From the NCBI GenBank assembly GCA_041662545.1, contig JBAZSH010000001.1, positions 46,813 to 110,812 on the forward strand: a stretch of DNA of 64,000 bases, in the 5' to 3' direction. Both the position numbers and the translations under genes were made by a program. Within the stretch, counting starts at the first letter, position 1, and every line of letters starts with the position of its first letter. The notes under the pieces are model-generated. The model was not told where the DNA came from. It saw only the letters and a list, made by a program, of their open reading frames with translations, and did no database searches. Origin of the DNA: Minisyncoccota bacterium. GTDB taxonomy: Bacteria; Patescibacteriota; Minisyncoccia; Phycocordibacterales; DSPV01. Shown one piece after another: positions 41,586-51,824 of this stretch.

Positions 41586-42638
41586 TTATTCTTTCAACTT
41601 AATTTTAATTTCTTTCAAAAGTCCGTCGGCGACTTTTTTGTTTTCCACTAGGAATTGGCGAGCGGCGTCGTAACCCCGACCGAGTTTCGCCGCTTCACCC
41701 GTCTTCGCCCCCACTTCTGCGGGTGAAGCAATTTCATAAGAACCCCCCGACGATTTTTTAATCAAACCGAATTTTTCGCCCAAGGCCAAAATTTCACCTT
41801 CGCGGGAAATGCCCTCGTTATACATTAAATCAAATTCCGTTTGCCGGAACGGCGCCGCCACTTTGTTTTTCACAACTTTTACTCGCACTCGGCCTCCCAT
41901 TATTTCTTCACCTTTTTTAATCTGGGCGATTCGTCGGATGTCCAAACGGACGGAAGTGTAAAATTTTAACGCTTTACCGCCCGGTGTCGTTTCCGGATTG
42001 CCGAACATTACGCCGATTTGCATTCTGATTTGATTGATAAAAATGACGATGGTTTTTGAGCGGGCGACAATGGCGGTGAGTTTGCGTAGAGCTTGTGACA
42101 TCAATCGCGCTTGTTTACCGACATGCTGGGCACCCATATCACCTTCAATTTCATCTTTGGGCGTTAGAGCCGCCACCGAGTCAATTACCACCACATCAAT
42201 TTTTCCAGAACGCACTAGAGATTCCACAATTTCCAAAGCTTGCTCGCCGGTGTCCGGTTGGGAAATTAAAAGCTCATCAATTTTCACACCGATTTTTTTT
42301 GAATACTCTGGATCCATAGCATGCTCCGCGTCAATGAAGGCGCAAATACCACCTTTCTTTTGGGCTTCGGCTACCACATGAAGTGATAAGGTTGTTTTAC
42401 CGGAACTTTCGGGTCCAAAGATTTCAATAATTCGTCCACGGGGCAGACCACCAACACCCAGCGCGGCATCCAAACCGATAGAGCCGGTGGAGATAGCATT
42501 CACGTCAACCCTCGGTTTATCGCCGAGTTTCATTATGGAATCATCGCCAAATTTTGTTTTGATGGCGTTGAGGGTATCTTCAATATTCGCGCCGACCACT
42601 TTTAACTCTTTTTCTTTTTTTGGTTTTCCAAAAGCCAT
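41586..42638 (-). CDS. recA: Recombinase RecA
   Basis: [41 protein letters not shown]. Confidence 0.97.
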   Translation of the reverse strand: MAFGKPKKEKELKVVGANIEDTLNAIKTKFGDDSIMKLGDKPRVDVNAISTGSIGLDAALGVGGLPRGRIIEIFGPESSGKTTLSLHVVAEAQKKGGICAFIDAEHAMDPEYSKKIGVKIDELLISQPDTGEQALEIVESLVRSGKIDVVVIDSVAALTPKDEIEGDMGAQHVGKQARLMSQALRKLTAIVARSKTIVIFINQIRMQIGVMFGNPETTPGGKALKFYTSVRLDIRRIAQIKKGEEIMGGRVRVKVVKNKVAAPFRQTEFDLMYNEGISREGEILALGEKFGLIKKSSGGSYEIASPAEVGAKTGEAAKLGRGYDAARQFLVENKKVADGLLKEIKIKLKE

Positions 42639-42649
42639 AATTTTATTTT

Positions 42650-43003
42650 TTACTTCTTATAAACTAACTCCAATTGTTGCTCGGCGGTTCTTTTAAATTT
42701 GTCTTTTACCTTCAAGCCAATGATATTATAGCCTTCGGCCAGAAGCAATACTTGCCCAAACTCTCCTTTGTCGTCTGTTAAAATCCTTTGACCGTTGAGA
42801 AAAACCTCATTGCCATTGGTGGCTGTGCCTTGAATTTCTACTAGTTGTTCGTTAAGTGTTGTGCCGTTTTTTGGTGAAGAAAAAGTAATGGTCGGTCCCG
42901 AAAAATAATCCCAGGTCTCATACAAAGCATAACCAAGAACAATCAGCGCGGCGAGACAACCAAGAATAATTCCTAGATAAAATTGCGACTTGGTTCTGGT
43001 CAT
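42650..43003 (-). CDS. Membrane-anchored Ig-like domain protein
   Basis: TM helix, then GP.I..SP.NG..I.G...V.LNG....G.F...L.EG.N. Confidence 0.7.
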   Translation of the reverse strand: MTRTKSQFYLGIILGCLAALIVLGYALYETWDYFSGPTITFSSPKNGTTLNEQLVEIQGTATNGNEVFLNGQRILTDDKGEFGQVLLLAEGYNIIGLKVKDKFKRTAEQQLELVYKK

Positions 43004-45204
43004 AATAATGCTGGCGGGTTTTCTTCTTCGTTCGTTTCGGTGTTGGTGATGGGTTTTTCAACTGGTGGAGCTCCAATAACTTCTCGCGGTCTAGCACCAT
43101 CGCCGGGGCCAATAACTCCTCGTTCTTCCAAAATATCTATTAGCCGTGCTGCCCGAGCGTAACCAATGCGCAGTTTGCGTTGTAGATAAGAAGTGGAGGC
43201 CTTGCCGGCGCGAGCGACTTCTTCACGAGCTTGTTCATATAATTCATCTTCGTCATCAAAATTTTCTTCTCCGCCAAGTGTGTCGGGGTTAAAAACAGTT
43301 TTCGCGCCGGCTGGTTCGTTTAGATTAATTTCGTTCGGCACTTCGTTGCGGTAATTTTCAGCTAAATATTTGACGATTTCTTTCACTTCGGTCTCGGAAA
43401 TAAACGGTGATTGCAGACGCAAAGGTTTTGCCATTTCTCCGCCAAGGTAAAGCATATCGCCGGCACCCAAAAGTTTTTCGGCGCCACTGCCGTCTAAAAT
43501 TGTTCGTGAGTCAACCTGCGAAGAGACCTGCAAAGCGACGCGCGCTGGAATATTAGCTTTAATTAAACCAGTGATTACATTAACCGACGGTCGCTGGGTG
43601 GACAGAATCAAATGAATGCCGGTGGCGCGGCTCATTTGGGCCAAACGGACGACTGATGCTTCTAGTTCGCGTGGGTAAGTGGACATAATGTCTGCTAACT
43701 CATCTATAATAATGACAATATAAGGCATTAAGTCGGGGATTTCTTTTTCGTCGGCAGTGTTTTTCTTGCCTGCCAATTTTTTCAATTCTGGTGCCAAAAC
43801 ATTTTTATGATAAGAATCAATGTCGCGTACCGATTCCGCTTCTAACATTTCGTAACGCCGTTCCATTTCTTTACAAGCCCAACGCAAAGCCAGAATCGCT
43901 TTCTTAGCGTCGGTTATGACCGGGGTTAACAAGTGTGGAATTTTATTATAAAGAGTCAACTCTACGCGTTTTGGGTCAATCATAATAAATTTCAAATTTT
44001 CCGGTCCATTGCGATATAACATTGAAGCAATCAAACCGTGGATGGTTACGGATTTTCCTGAACCAGTGGCGCCGGCAATCAACAAGTGCGGCATTTTACC
44101 CAAATTGCCGAAATGACAACTACCGGAAACACTTTTGCCCAAAACAACAAGTAGTGGTTTTTCCGAGCGGGCGAATTCTTCCGCCGAGAATAATGTTGCC
44201 ATACCAACAACGGTCTTGGTGCTATTGGGAATCTCAATACCAACCAACGAACGGCCCGGAATCGGCGCCTCAATTCTTATTGGATGAGCAGCTAAAGCTA
44301 AAGCCAAATCATTTTGCAAAGCGATGATGCGGGAAAGTTTAACACCCTCGGCCGGTTTCAAAGCGTAACGGGTAACTGATGGACCAATAGATATCTCATC
44401 CATTTCCACAATGATGCCGAAGTTTTGAAGTGTTCGTTTAATCATATTGGCGTTGGCTTTGATATCGCCGACACCCGGCTTACCTTTGTCGCGTTCCAAA
44501 ATAGAAAGCGGTGGTGGTGTATAGGGCTTGGCAACTACCCGCCAATCGCGGGGGCTAATCATAAATTCACTGCCGTCCAGTTTTTCTTTTTCGGTTTTAT
44601 TAGTTTGCGACTCTTCTTTTTCTTTGGACTCATCATTTTTTGTTTCTTCACCTTCTTCTGGTTGGTCAGCATATTTTTTCACCAATGTCTCCACATCATC
44701 ATATTTTTCTGATTTTTTGCGCTGGAAAAGTTTTCCAATAAAGCTCAGTGATTCCAGTTTAAGTTCGGTTTCGAAAATTACCAACAGTGAAATAACAGCA
44801 ATGGTTGCCAAGAATATACTGCTATAAAAACCAAAAAGTGGAACTAATCCTTTGGTTGAAATTAGAAAACCAATGAGACCTGCTTTGTCAGATACCAGAA
44901 TTTCCGTTAGGCCTAGAGAAGACAAGAAAAACAAAAAAGAGGCGATAATTTTGGCTAGCGGAAATTTTTTTCTAAAAGATTTTATTGAAGCCCAACAAAG
45001 TAGTAGCAATAAGATAGGGAAGAAAAAGTAGCCGACGATACCCATTAAATCTTTGGCCAAGGAGTAAGTTTTTGTACCGATTGGTCCGGCTCCACCGAAA
45101 GCGGCGAGAATCAGAAAGATCGCTCCAGCAAACAAAACAATCGTTACGGCGCTCTTGGTCGTTTCTTTTTTTATATCATCCAAAACCCCGATTTTCTTTT
45201 TCAT
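43000..45204 (-). CDS. ftsK: DNA translocase FtsK/SpoIIIE
   Basis: N-terminal TM helices, RIEAPIPG, MPHLLIAGATGSGKS, IIDELAD, STQRPSV, gamma domain LQRKLRIGYARAARL. Confidence 0.95.
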   Translation of the reverse strand: MKKKIGVLDDIKKETTKSAVTIVLFAGAIFLILAAFGGAGPIGTKTYSLAKDLMGIVGYFFFPILLLLLCWASIKSFRKKFPLAKIIASFLFFLSSLGLTEILVSDKAGLIGFLISTKGLVPLFGFYSSIFLATIAVISLLVIFETELKLESLSFIGKLFQRKKSEKYDDVETLVKKYADQPEEGEETKNDESKEKEESQTNKTEKEKLDGSEFMISPRDWRVVAKPYTPPPLSILERDKGKPGVGDIKANANMIKRTLQNFGIIVEMDEISIGPSVTRYALKPAEGVKLSRIIALQNDLALALAAHPIRIEAPIPGRSLVGIEIPNSTKTVVGMATLFSAEEFARSEKPLLVVLGKSVSGSCHFGNLGKMPHLLIAGATGSGKSVTIHGLIASMLYRNGPENLKFIMIDPKRVELTLYNKIPHLLTPVITDAKKAILALRWACKEMERRYEMLEAESVRDIDSYHKNVLAPELKKLAGKKNTADEKEIPDLMPYIVIIIDELADIMSTYPRELEASVVRLAQMSRATGIHLILSTQRPSVNVITGLIKANIPARVALQVSSQVDSRTILDGSGAEKLLGAGDMLYLGGEMAKPLRLQSPFISETEVKEIVKYLAENYRNEVPNEINLNEPAGAKTVFNPDTLGGEENFDDEDELYEQAREEVARAGKASTSYLQRKLRIGYARAARLIDILEERGVIGPGDGARPREVIGAPPVEKPITNTETNEEENPPALL

Positions 45205-45235
45205 TTGAAGTTAATTATATCACGCCATGTCTTAA

Positions 45236-45346
45236 AAATCTCCCTTTGAAAAAGGGAGTACCCGAGTCCGCGAGGGGGAGGGATTTTCTGTTTATAAAAA
45301 TCCTCCGGCTCGCGGACTCGCCACCTCCTTTTTCAAAGGAGGATTT
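45236..45346. repeat. ~110-bp nested inverted-repeat element (MITE/REP-like)
   Basis: Outer arms AAATCTCCCTTTGAAAAAGG / CCTTTTTCAAAGGAGGATTT; perfect inner arms CGAGTCCGCGAG / CTCGCGGACTCG; innermost GGATTTT / AAAATCC. Confidence 0.8.
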
Positions 45347-45427
45347 AAAATATCTCCTCTTCCAAAAGTCTGAATTCTGTTGTCGGTTTTATTATGATTC
45401 TTGCTTTGTTGCGGGTGAAATATATAA

Positions 45428-45954
45428 TGTCCTATATGATAAAGGACAGTTTATTCTTTGTCCTATTGATTTCTTTAGTCAGTTTTATTTTTATAAAGGA
45501 CATAATACATTTTGTCTCTTATGGTTTCTGATTATAAAAAACAGGTAAATTGGTTGACATATAAGGCCGAAAGATTGGTATCGGCATTATATATGGTAAC
45601 TGATTTGATAAATACCAATGATCCAATCAAATGGCAGTTAAGAAAGTTAGGTGTTGTCCTTTTGACTGAAGTTGGCAAGTTGTTGGAATCATCACCGGCA
45701 GAAAGGAAAAAAATTATTAATTCTACTCGAGAGGTAATCGCCGAAATCCTTTCGCTTTTGGAGGTGGCTGTCAATTCGGGTTTAATTTCCAGGATGAATT
45801 ACTCTTTACTTAAAAAGGAATTTGTCAGTACACCTTTATTTTTGGAACGGATTAGTAAAGAGGACTCGCCTAAATCTACAGGACAAATTCAAGGACATTC
45901 TATAGGACAAGTAAAAACAATAAAAGACAAAGAATTTTTACCTCCTATAGGACA
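45428..45954. repeat. Cluster of AGGACA/TGTCCT hexamers
   Basis: Exact copies at 45428, 45443, 45459, 45497, 45655, 45880, 45892, 45904, 45949. Confidence 0.7.
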
Positions 45955-46189
45955 AAATTTAGTTACTCAAAATAATCAAAATAAAGTTAAGAAAGAAGCC
46001 AGAAAAAGCCAGATAACAAAGGTTTTTGCTGGCGGTAAGATTCTTTCTTTGAGTGACATGTCCGATATGTTTCGTGATTTTGGTCCTAAGATGATTCAAC
46101 GCGACCTCCTTGATTTGGTGAAAAGCGGTGTTCTTAAGAAAACTGGTGATAAACGCTGGAGTCGCTATTCCCTTGCCAACTTACGCTAA
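45521..46189 (+). CDS. Hypothetical protein with N-terminal helical bundle and C-terminal DeoR-like winged HTH
   Basis: KAERLVSALYMVTD..DPIKWQLR; C-terminal RKSQI...LSDM..F...PKMIQRDLLDLVKSGVLKKTGDKRWSRY. Confidence 0.7.
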   Translation: MVSDYKKQVNWLTYKAERLVSALYMVTDLINTNDPIKWQLRKLGVVLLTEVGKLLESSPAERKKIINSTREVIAEILSLLEVAVNSGLISRMNYSLLKKEFVSTPLFLERISKEDSPKSTGQIQGHSIGQVKTIKDKEFLPPIGQNLVTQNNQNKVKKEARKSQITKVFAGGKILSLSDMSDMFRDFGPKMIQRDLLDLVKSGVLKKTGDKRWSRYSLANLR

Positions 46190-46636
46190 AAGTAGCAGAA
46201 TCTTACAGTTTTTGACTTCGGAGGCTATTTATGTAAAGATATTGACATAGGTAAAAAAGGCAAGAAAAGGTAGTTATCCACAAGAGATTTTTGCCTTTGG
46301 TATCCTATGATATATAATGTCTCATAGAAGTTTTTCTGAGCACATTATCCCGCATGTCCTGCCAGGAAATTTTTCTGTTTAATGAGAGAAAATCAGGCCA
46401 ATTTTTGTCGCTAATTTTTTTCACCGGTGTTGTTAAAAAACTGATGAAAAAATTAGTAGAGTTATGGTTAGCGTGTTTTAAAAAATACGCCAACCTGTTG
46501 AAAGGTTAGTATTAGAAGTGAAAGCAAAAAGTGTGTCGACACTAAAAAAGCTTTCGCGAAGAAGTAGTTTTTTCTCCGCATTAGAAAATTTATTAGTAAG
46601 TTCAAACGGAGAAATAATTATTAATTAATTAAAAAG

Positions 46637-49600
46637 ATGAGTATAAATAAAAATGTTGCGGTGTTCGTTGGTTTGGCTCTCGCTATCGCAGTTGCGGGCG
46701 TGGCTGTTCCAGTGAGTGCTGCCGCTTTGACTCAGTCCCAAATTAACGCGATCATTGGATTGCTTCAATCATTTGGCGCTGACCAAAGCACAATAAGTAA
46801 TGTACAAGCGTCTCTCACTGGCGGTACGCCGTCTGGTGGGGTAATTGGTCCCGGTACTGGCGGTTATACCTTCACTCGCAATCTCACATTGGGAAGCACC
46901 AGTGTGGATGTTTTGAATCTTCAAAAGGTTCTCAATGCGGATGGAGTAAATATTGCTACTTCCGGCGCTGGTTCACCGGGATATGAGACTTCGTATTTCG
47001 GTCCTATTACAAAAGCGGGCGTTGTGAGATTCCAGAATAAATATGCTTCTGAAATTTTGGCGCCGGTTGGTCTTATTAATGGCACCGGTTATGTTGGTCC
47101 TTCTACTCTCGCCAAACTCAATTCAATGGGTAGCGTGGTAGTGGTTCCTCCCGGCACAAATCCTCCTCCGGCTTCAGTTGGCACGGGCTTGACTGTAACG
47201 GCGGCGGCTCAACCTCCAGCGATGCTCTTTCCGTTGAGCGCGGCTCGCGTACCATTTACCAAAGTTAGTTTCACCGCCGGCCTTGATGGCGCGGTGACGA
47301 TTAATAGTTTGGTGGTGGAGCGTGGCGGCCCTTCCCAAGATTCTGATATTTCCAGTATTGTCCTATTGGATGAAAGTGGCACTCAAATTGGTTTGGCTAA
47401 GACCTTAAACTCGGCTCACCAAGTGACTCTTTCCGAGACATTTGTGGTGAATGCTGGTCAAACCAGAACGATGACTTTGGCCGCTAATCGACCGACGGCT
47501 GACGCTGATTCCAGCGGAGCTGGCGCGGTATTCACCCTTTCTTTAGTAGCGGTTAATACCTCTGCTACGGTTACGGGTTCTTTGCCAATTGTCGGCACGG
47601 CCCAAACTGGTAATACTGGTTTGACTATCGGTTCAGTTACAGTAGCTCGCGGTTCTTTGGACCCGTCGGCGCAAGCTGGTGGTGTTTCCAAGAATGTCGG
47701 CACTACTGGTTACACCTTCTCTTCAATTAAAGTGACAGCCGGTTCAACTGAAGATGTTTTGATTAAATCCATTCGTTGGAATCAAGCTTCTTCTTCGGCT
47801 TCATCTGATATGGCGAATATTGTAACGGTGGTTGATGGTGTTACTTATCCAACTGTTGTTGATTCAACTGGTAAGTATTACACTGCCAACTTCGGCACTG
47901 GTATTAAGATTGAAAAAGGTATGTTCAAAGAAATCTCAATTAAAGGCGATATTATCGGCGGTTCTACCCGCACCATCGCTTTCAACATTGAGAAAACTAC
48001 CGACCTTAATGTTTCTGGTGTGAATTTGGGTTATGGTATTACACCTCCGACCAGTGGTACTGGCTTTGCGGCTGGTAACATTTGGTATGCTGGTTCAACT
48101 ATCACCATTAACTCGGGTTCATTGACAGTAACGAGTGATGCAGTATCAGCACCGGCTCAAAACATTGCTATCAATGTGGCTGGTCAGCCCTTGGGCGGCT
48201 TCACCGTTGATGTCAAAGGCGAGTCAATCTCGGTTGCTCAAATGGTATTTACAGCGGCAACCAGTAGCGCCAGCGACACTGCTGGTTCTGGTTTAATAAC
48301 CAACGCTTCGTTGGTTGATGGAAATGGCGCGGTTTTGGCTGGTCCGGTGGATGCAACCCTAACTGCGGCCACTGGTGGATTGACATTTACCTTTACTGAT
48401 ACCATTACTTTCCCAGTTGGAATCACCAAGCTTCTATTGAAAGGTAAAATTCCGACGACAGCTAGTAATGGTGAGGCCTATGCTGTTTCCACTATTCCAT
48501 CTAGTGCTTGGACAACGGTAACTGGTCAGGTTACGAATCAGACCATTACTCCGTCTTCCGGCACGATTACCGCTAGCACAATGACGGTTAAGTCGTCAGC
48601 TTTGACGATTACTGTTTCTCCGGCCCCCGCTGCTCAAACTGTGGTATCAGGCGTTCAGAACTTCATCTTCACCAATTATTTGCTTGACGCTACCGCTTCC
48701 GGTGAAGATGTTCGCTTGTCTGCTTTGAACATTTATTTCACCACTACTGGAACAGCGAGTCATCTGACAAATTGCGGACTCTATGATGGTTTGACTGCGC
48801 TCACCACTGGCGGCAACGCTGTCAATCCTAGCGCCGGCGCCCCGACTAACAATAACTTCATTTTTGACACGGCTTTGGTGATTCCGAAAGGAACTTCCAA
48901 GTCTTTGGCTTTGAAGTGTAATGTTTCTACCAGTGCTTCCGGCAACTTCTATTGGGGTATCAATGCCACTCAATCAGCCACTGGCGTTACTTCCGGTCAA
49001 TCAGTAACTATTACCCAGACCAGCAGCGTCGGTCAGATTATGGCGATTACCACTTCGGGTGGAACTTTGACGGTGGCTCTTGATTCTTCCAGTCCTTCTT
49101 ACACCATCGCGGCTTCTAACACGACGGGTAATACCGCCTCGGTTCTGCGTTTCCACGCGGCGACTGAAGATATCACTCTTCAAACCATTGCCCTTCAAAT
49201 GACGGGGGCTTCGTCAACTGTTAGTGATGTTACTCAAGTAACTTTGTGGGATGGACTCACTCAAGTTGGTTCTGCTACCTTTGGTAGTGGCGCGACCAAT
49301 GCCAGTGGCAATCGTATTGCTACTTCCACTCTCACCACTAATGTTATTGTTCCTAAGGACGGCGACAAAGTGATTACTGTGAAAGTTGACCTGCCAACCC
49401 AAGGTGTTTCTGCTCTTGGTAGACCGGGTGCTCTTATTCAAGTTGATTTTGAGGCATCTGCTGGTGGAGCGACTTCCGGAACTAAAGGTAGTGGTAATTC
49501 CAGTGGTAAAGCGATTTACGCCACTGGTGCCGCTACAGCTTCAGCCGGTCTCCGTGTCTACAAAGCGATTCCGACCATTACTTACCCAACTCTTTCTCAG

Positions 49601-50278
49601 ACCACGCTTAACAACGGCACGATGGACTTGTTCCGCTTCAATGTTACCGCTTCTCCTCAGGGTCAAGTTGGTTTAGCGAAAGTTACTTTCAGAATTTCAA
49701 CCTCAACTTCAGGCACAACGGTTACGCTTTTGGTTGATTCTCTGAATGTCTACGCTTACACTGATTCTGGCTATACAGTTCCAGTTACTGGTGTTCAAGC
49801 GGATGGCGCTTTCTTGGTTACCGCTATGGATCTTGAAGGAGGTGTTACTGGTGGCAACTGGGCGAGCTCTAACACTCAATTAGATATTGGCGCAGAAACG
49901 ACAGCTAGCGCTTCTACCACGGTTATTGTTCCAGCTGGCACGACTCGTTACTTCGCTCTTCGCGGCACGATTACCGGTTCAGTTGCCGGTTCAAGCGTAA
50001 CCACTTATATGGAGGGTGACTCGGCTTTCTACTCTAAAGCTGACAATCCTTTGGTGGATCTCTTGAGCAGTGCGACCACGACTTATCTGGCTCCTTACAA
50101 TGCCACCACGAGTTCTGCTGCTAGCGCGGGCTTGATAGCTGGAACTCATAATGACTTTATCTGGAGACCGTTCTCAACAACCACCACTCAGAGCAATACG
50201 GCAAATGATTATGCTAACGGTTATGGTGTTCCAGGTTTGTCAGTTGGTAGCTCCAATGGTCAGACTCTAAGCAGGTAA
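46637..50278 (+). CDS. Large secreted Ser/Thr/Gly/Ala-rich surface (S-layer-like) protein with peptidoglycan-binding domain
   Basis: Signal peptide; FTRNLTLGS..DV..LQK.LN..YFGPITKAGV.RFQ..TGYVGPSTLAKLN (PG_binding_1-like); repeated beta-rich domains. Confidence 0.75.
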   Translation: MSINKNVAVFVGLALAIAVAGVAVPVSAAALTQSQINAIIGLLQSFGADQSTISNVQASLTGGTPSGGVIGPGTGGYTFTRNLTLGSTSVDVLNLQKVLNADGVNIATSGAGSPGYETSYFGPITKAGVVRFQNKYASEILAPVGLINGTGYVGPSTLAKLNSMGSVVVVPPGTNPPPASVGTGLTVTAAAQPPAMLFPLSAARVPFTKVSFTAGLDGAVTINSLVVERGGPSQDSDISSIVLLDESGTQIGLAKTLNSAHQVTLSETFVVNAGQTRTMTLAANRPTADADSSGAGAVFTLSLVAVNTSATVTGSLPIVGTAQTGNTGLTIGSVTVARGSLDPSAQAGGVSKNVGTTGYTFSSIKVTAGSTEDVLIKSIRWNQASSSASSDMANIVTVVDGVTYPTVVDSTGKYYTANFGTGIKIEKGMFKEISIKGDIIGGSTRTIAFNIEKTTDLNVSGVNLGYGITPPTSGTGFAAGNIWYAGSTITINSGSLTVTSDAVSAPAQNIAINVAGQPLGGFTVDVKGESISVAQMVFTAATSSASDTAGSGLITNASLVDGNGAVLAGPVDATLTAATGGLTFTFTDTITFPVGITKLLLKGKIPTTASNGEAYAVSTIPSSAWTTVTGQVTNQTITPSSGTITASTMTVKSSALTITVSPAPAAQTVVSGVQNFIFTNYLLDATASGEDVRLSALNIYFTTTGTASHLTNCGLYDGLTALTTGGNAVNPSAGAPTNNNFIFDTALVIPKGTSKSLALKCNVSTSASGNFYWGINATQSATGVTSGQSVTITQTSSVGQIMAITTSGGTLTVALDSSSPSYTIAASNTTGNTASVLRFHAATEDITLQTIALQMTGASSTVSDVTQVTLWDGLTQVGSATFGSGATNASGNRIATSTLTTNVIVPKDGDKVITVKVDLPTQGVSALGRPGALIQVDFEASAGGATSGTKGSGNSSGKAIYATGAATASAGLRVYKAIPTITYPTLSQTTLNNGTMDLFRFNVTASPQGQVGLAKVTFRISTSTSGTTVTLLVDSLNVYAYTDSGYTVPVTGVQADGAFLVTAMDLEGGVTGGNWASSNTQLDIGAETTASASTTVIVPAGTTRYFALRGTITGSVAGSSVTTYMEGDSAFYSKADNPLVDLLSSATTTYLAPYNATTSSAASAGLIAGTHNDFIWRPFSTTTTQSNTANDYANGYGVPGLSVGSSNGQTLSR

Positions 50279-50293
50279 AATTTAACCACTTGT

Positions 50294-50314
50294 GCCCTCC
50301 GCCTAAGGCGGAGG
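50294..50314. repeat. Palindromic repeat, copy 1
   Basis: GCCCTCCGCCTAAGGCGGAGG, identical to 53694-53714. Confidence 0.85.
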
Positions 50315-50321
50315 AGGTTAA

Positions 50322-50360
50322 GAAAATCCCCCGATGTTTCATCGGGGGATTTTCGTTTTC
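50322..50360 (+). terminator. Intrinsic terminator of the surface protein gene
   Basis: GAAAATCCCCCGATG-TTT-CATCGGGGGATTTTC, then a T-rich tract. Confidence 0.8.
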
Positions 50361-50385
50361 TCTGATTTTCTGCTATATTATTTCT

Positions 50386-51075
50386 ATGAATAAAAAACTT
50401 ATAATTATCTTCGCTGTTCTGGTTTTGTTAGCCATCGGTTATTATGGCTATAATGAATTGAAAGGGAAATTTAGTGGTTTAAGTGATGAAAATACTGTAG
50501 CCACTAGCACCAAACGAACAGTAGAAATTGCTCCCGGCATTTTTGCTGAAGTGGAAGGCGATGAAATGCCCAAGGTTGAAATAGTGCCGATAGTAGATGA
50601 AAAAATAAAAGCCCCCACTCTTAACCGGCCAATTGTTATTCCGATATCAATGACGGAAGAAAGCGGAAAGTTTTTTACGGCTAAAATTGAAGAACTTAAA
50701 ACCAAACTTCGTAAAGACCCGGGCCCTTATGACGACTGGCTTAATCTTGGAATCTACCTGAAACAGATTGAAGATTACAATGGAGCGGAAGAAATTTTGG
50801 TTTATCTCATTAAAGCAGCGCCCGGTAACGCTATGGCTTATATCAACTTGGGTGATCTATATACTTATTATTTTCACGACAATGTAAAAGCTGAAGCGAC
50901 TTTTCTCAAAGTGGTGGAAGTAGCGCCTCGCTGGTTGGAAGTTTATTCTCGAATTACCGATTTTTATGTAACCGCTCTTCAAGATAAGGCAAAAGCAAAA
51001 AGTTTTCTTGAAGCTAGTGTCGCCAAATATCCGGATATGAAACCTCAAATTGAACCACTTCTTAAAACCATATAA
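50386..51075 (+). CDS. Membrane-anchored tetratricopeptide repeat protein
   Basis: N-terminal TM helix; WLNLGIYL..DYNGAEE, AYINLGDLY..AEATF TPR-like repeats. Confidence 0.75.
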   Translation: MNKKLIIIFAVLVLLAIGYYGYNELKGKFSGLSDENTVATSTKRTVEIAPGIFAEVEGDEMPKVEIVPIVDEKIKAPTLNRPIVIPISMTEESGKFFTAKIEELKTKLRKDPGPYDDWLNLGIYLKQIEDYNGAEEILVYLIKAAPGNAMAYINLGDLYTYYFHDNVKAEATFLKVVEVAPRWLEVYSRITDFYVTALQDKAKAKSFLEASVAKYPDMKPQIEPLLKTI

Positions 51076-51078
51076 AAA

Positions 51079-51177
51079 ATGAAATACTTAGACAAAACTT
51101 TTTTCAAATTTTTGGCGGGCTTCGTCGCGATTTTGGCGGTTAGTTTTTTGGTGTTGGTTTTGACGAATTTGCTTTAA
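51079..51177 (+). CDS. Small membrane peptide (32 aa)
   Basis: MKYLDKTFFKFLAGFVAILAVSFLVLVLTNLL*, ATG 3 nt after the TPR gene stop. Confidence 0.5.
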   Translation: MKYLDKTFFKFLAGFVAILAVSFLVLVLTNLL

Positions 51178-51207
51178 TTTTTGGGTTGTGTTAATTTATT
51201 GACATTA

Positions 51208-51293
51208 GGCCAAAGACAATAGGCACTCGCCAAAAAGGCGGAAATAAGTCCTATCGAGGTCAAAAATCTCTTCGGAGTTTTTGTCTACGGCCT
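51208..51293 (+). promoter_or_regulatory. Ribosomal protein L10 leader (autoregulatory RNA)
   Basis: GGCCAAAGACAATAGG...AATAAGTCCTATCGAGG...GGCC resembles the L10 leader core (AAGAC.GUAGG...UAA..CCUAC.GAGG); directly upstream of rplJ. Confidence 0.7.
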
Positions 51294-51331
51294 TAATATT
51301 ATAAGGTCGATTTTTTTTAGAAAAAAACAAA

Positions 51332-51820
51332 ATGGCAAAAACTAAAGAACAAAAAAAGGAATCATTGGCTGTTATCGCCAAATTGATTAAAGAAGTCAAA
51401 GATGTTGGTTCGGTAGCTTTGGTCAAATTCAGTGGCTTAACGGTTGCTGATGCGACTGATTTGCGTCGCAAATTGCGCGCTGAAGGTGTTGGTTATATGG
51501 TGGCGAAGAAAACGCTTGCCAAGAAAGCCCTAGCGGAGAGTGGTGTGTCTGGCGAAGTGCCGGCTCTTGATGGCCAGATTGGTTTGGCTTGGGGTGTGGA
51601 CCAAATTGCTCCAGCGCGAGGTGTCTATGAATTCCAAAAAAAGTTAGATAAAAAAGTGGAATTACTCGGTGGAATTTTTGAAGGGCGGTTTATGAGTCGC
51701 GAGGAGATAAGTGGTATTGCTGTTATCCCAACGCGCCAAACGCTCTATGGCCAGTTAGTCAATGTTATCAATTCGCCGATTCAGGGATTGGTAATAGCGC
51801 TTAGTAAAATTAATCGTTAA
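51332..51820 (+). CDS. rplJ: 50S ribosomal protein L10
   Basis: FSGLTVA..LRRKLR..VAKKTL..AL; precedes rplL. Confidence 0.93.
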   Translation: MAKTKEQKKESLAVIAKLIKEVKDVGSVALVKFSGLTVADATDLRRKLRAEGVGYMVAKKTLAKKALAESGVSGEVPALDGQIGLAWGVDQIAPARGVYEFQKKLDKKVELLGGIFEGRFMSREEISGIAVIPTRQTLYGQLVNVINSPIQGLVIALSKINR

Positions 51821-51824
51821 AACT

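Noticed and set aside
45072-45548. 158-aa ORF across the ftsK upstream region
   Set aside because: It overlaps ftsK antisense and runs through an inverted-repeat element; composition is not protein-like.
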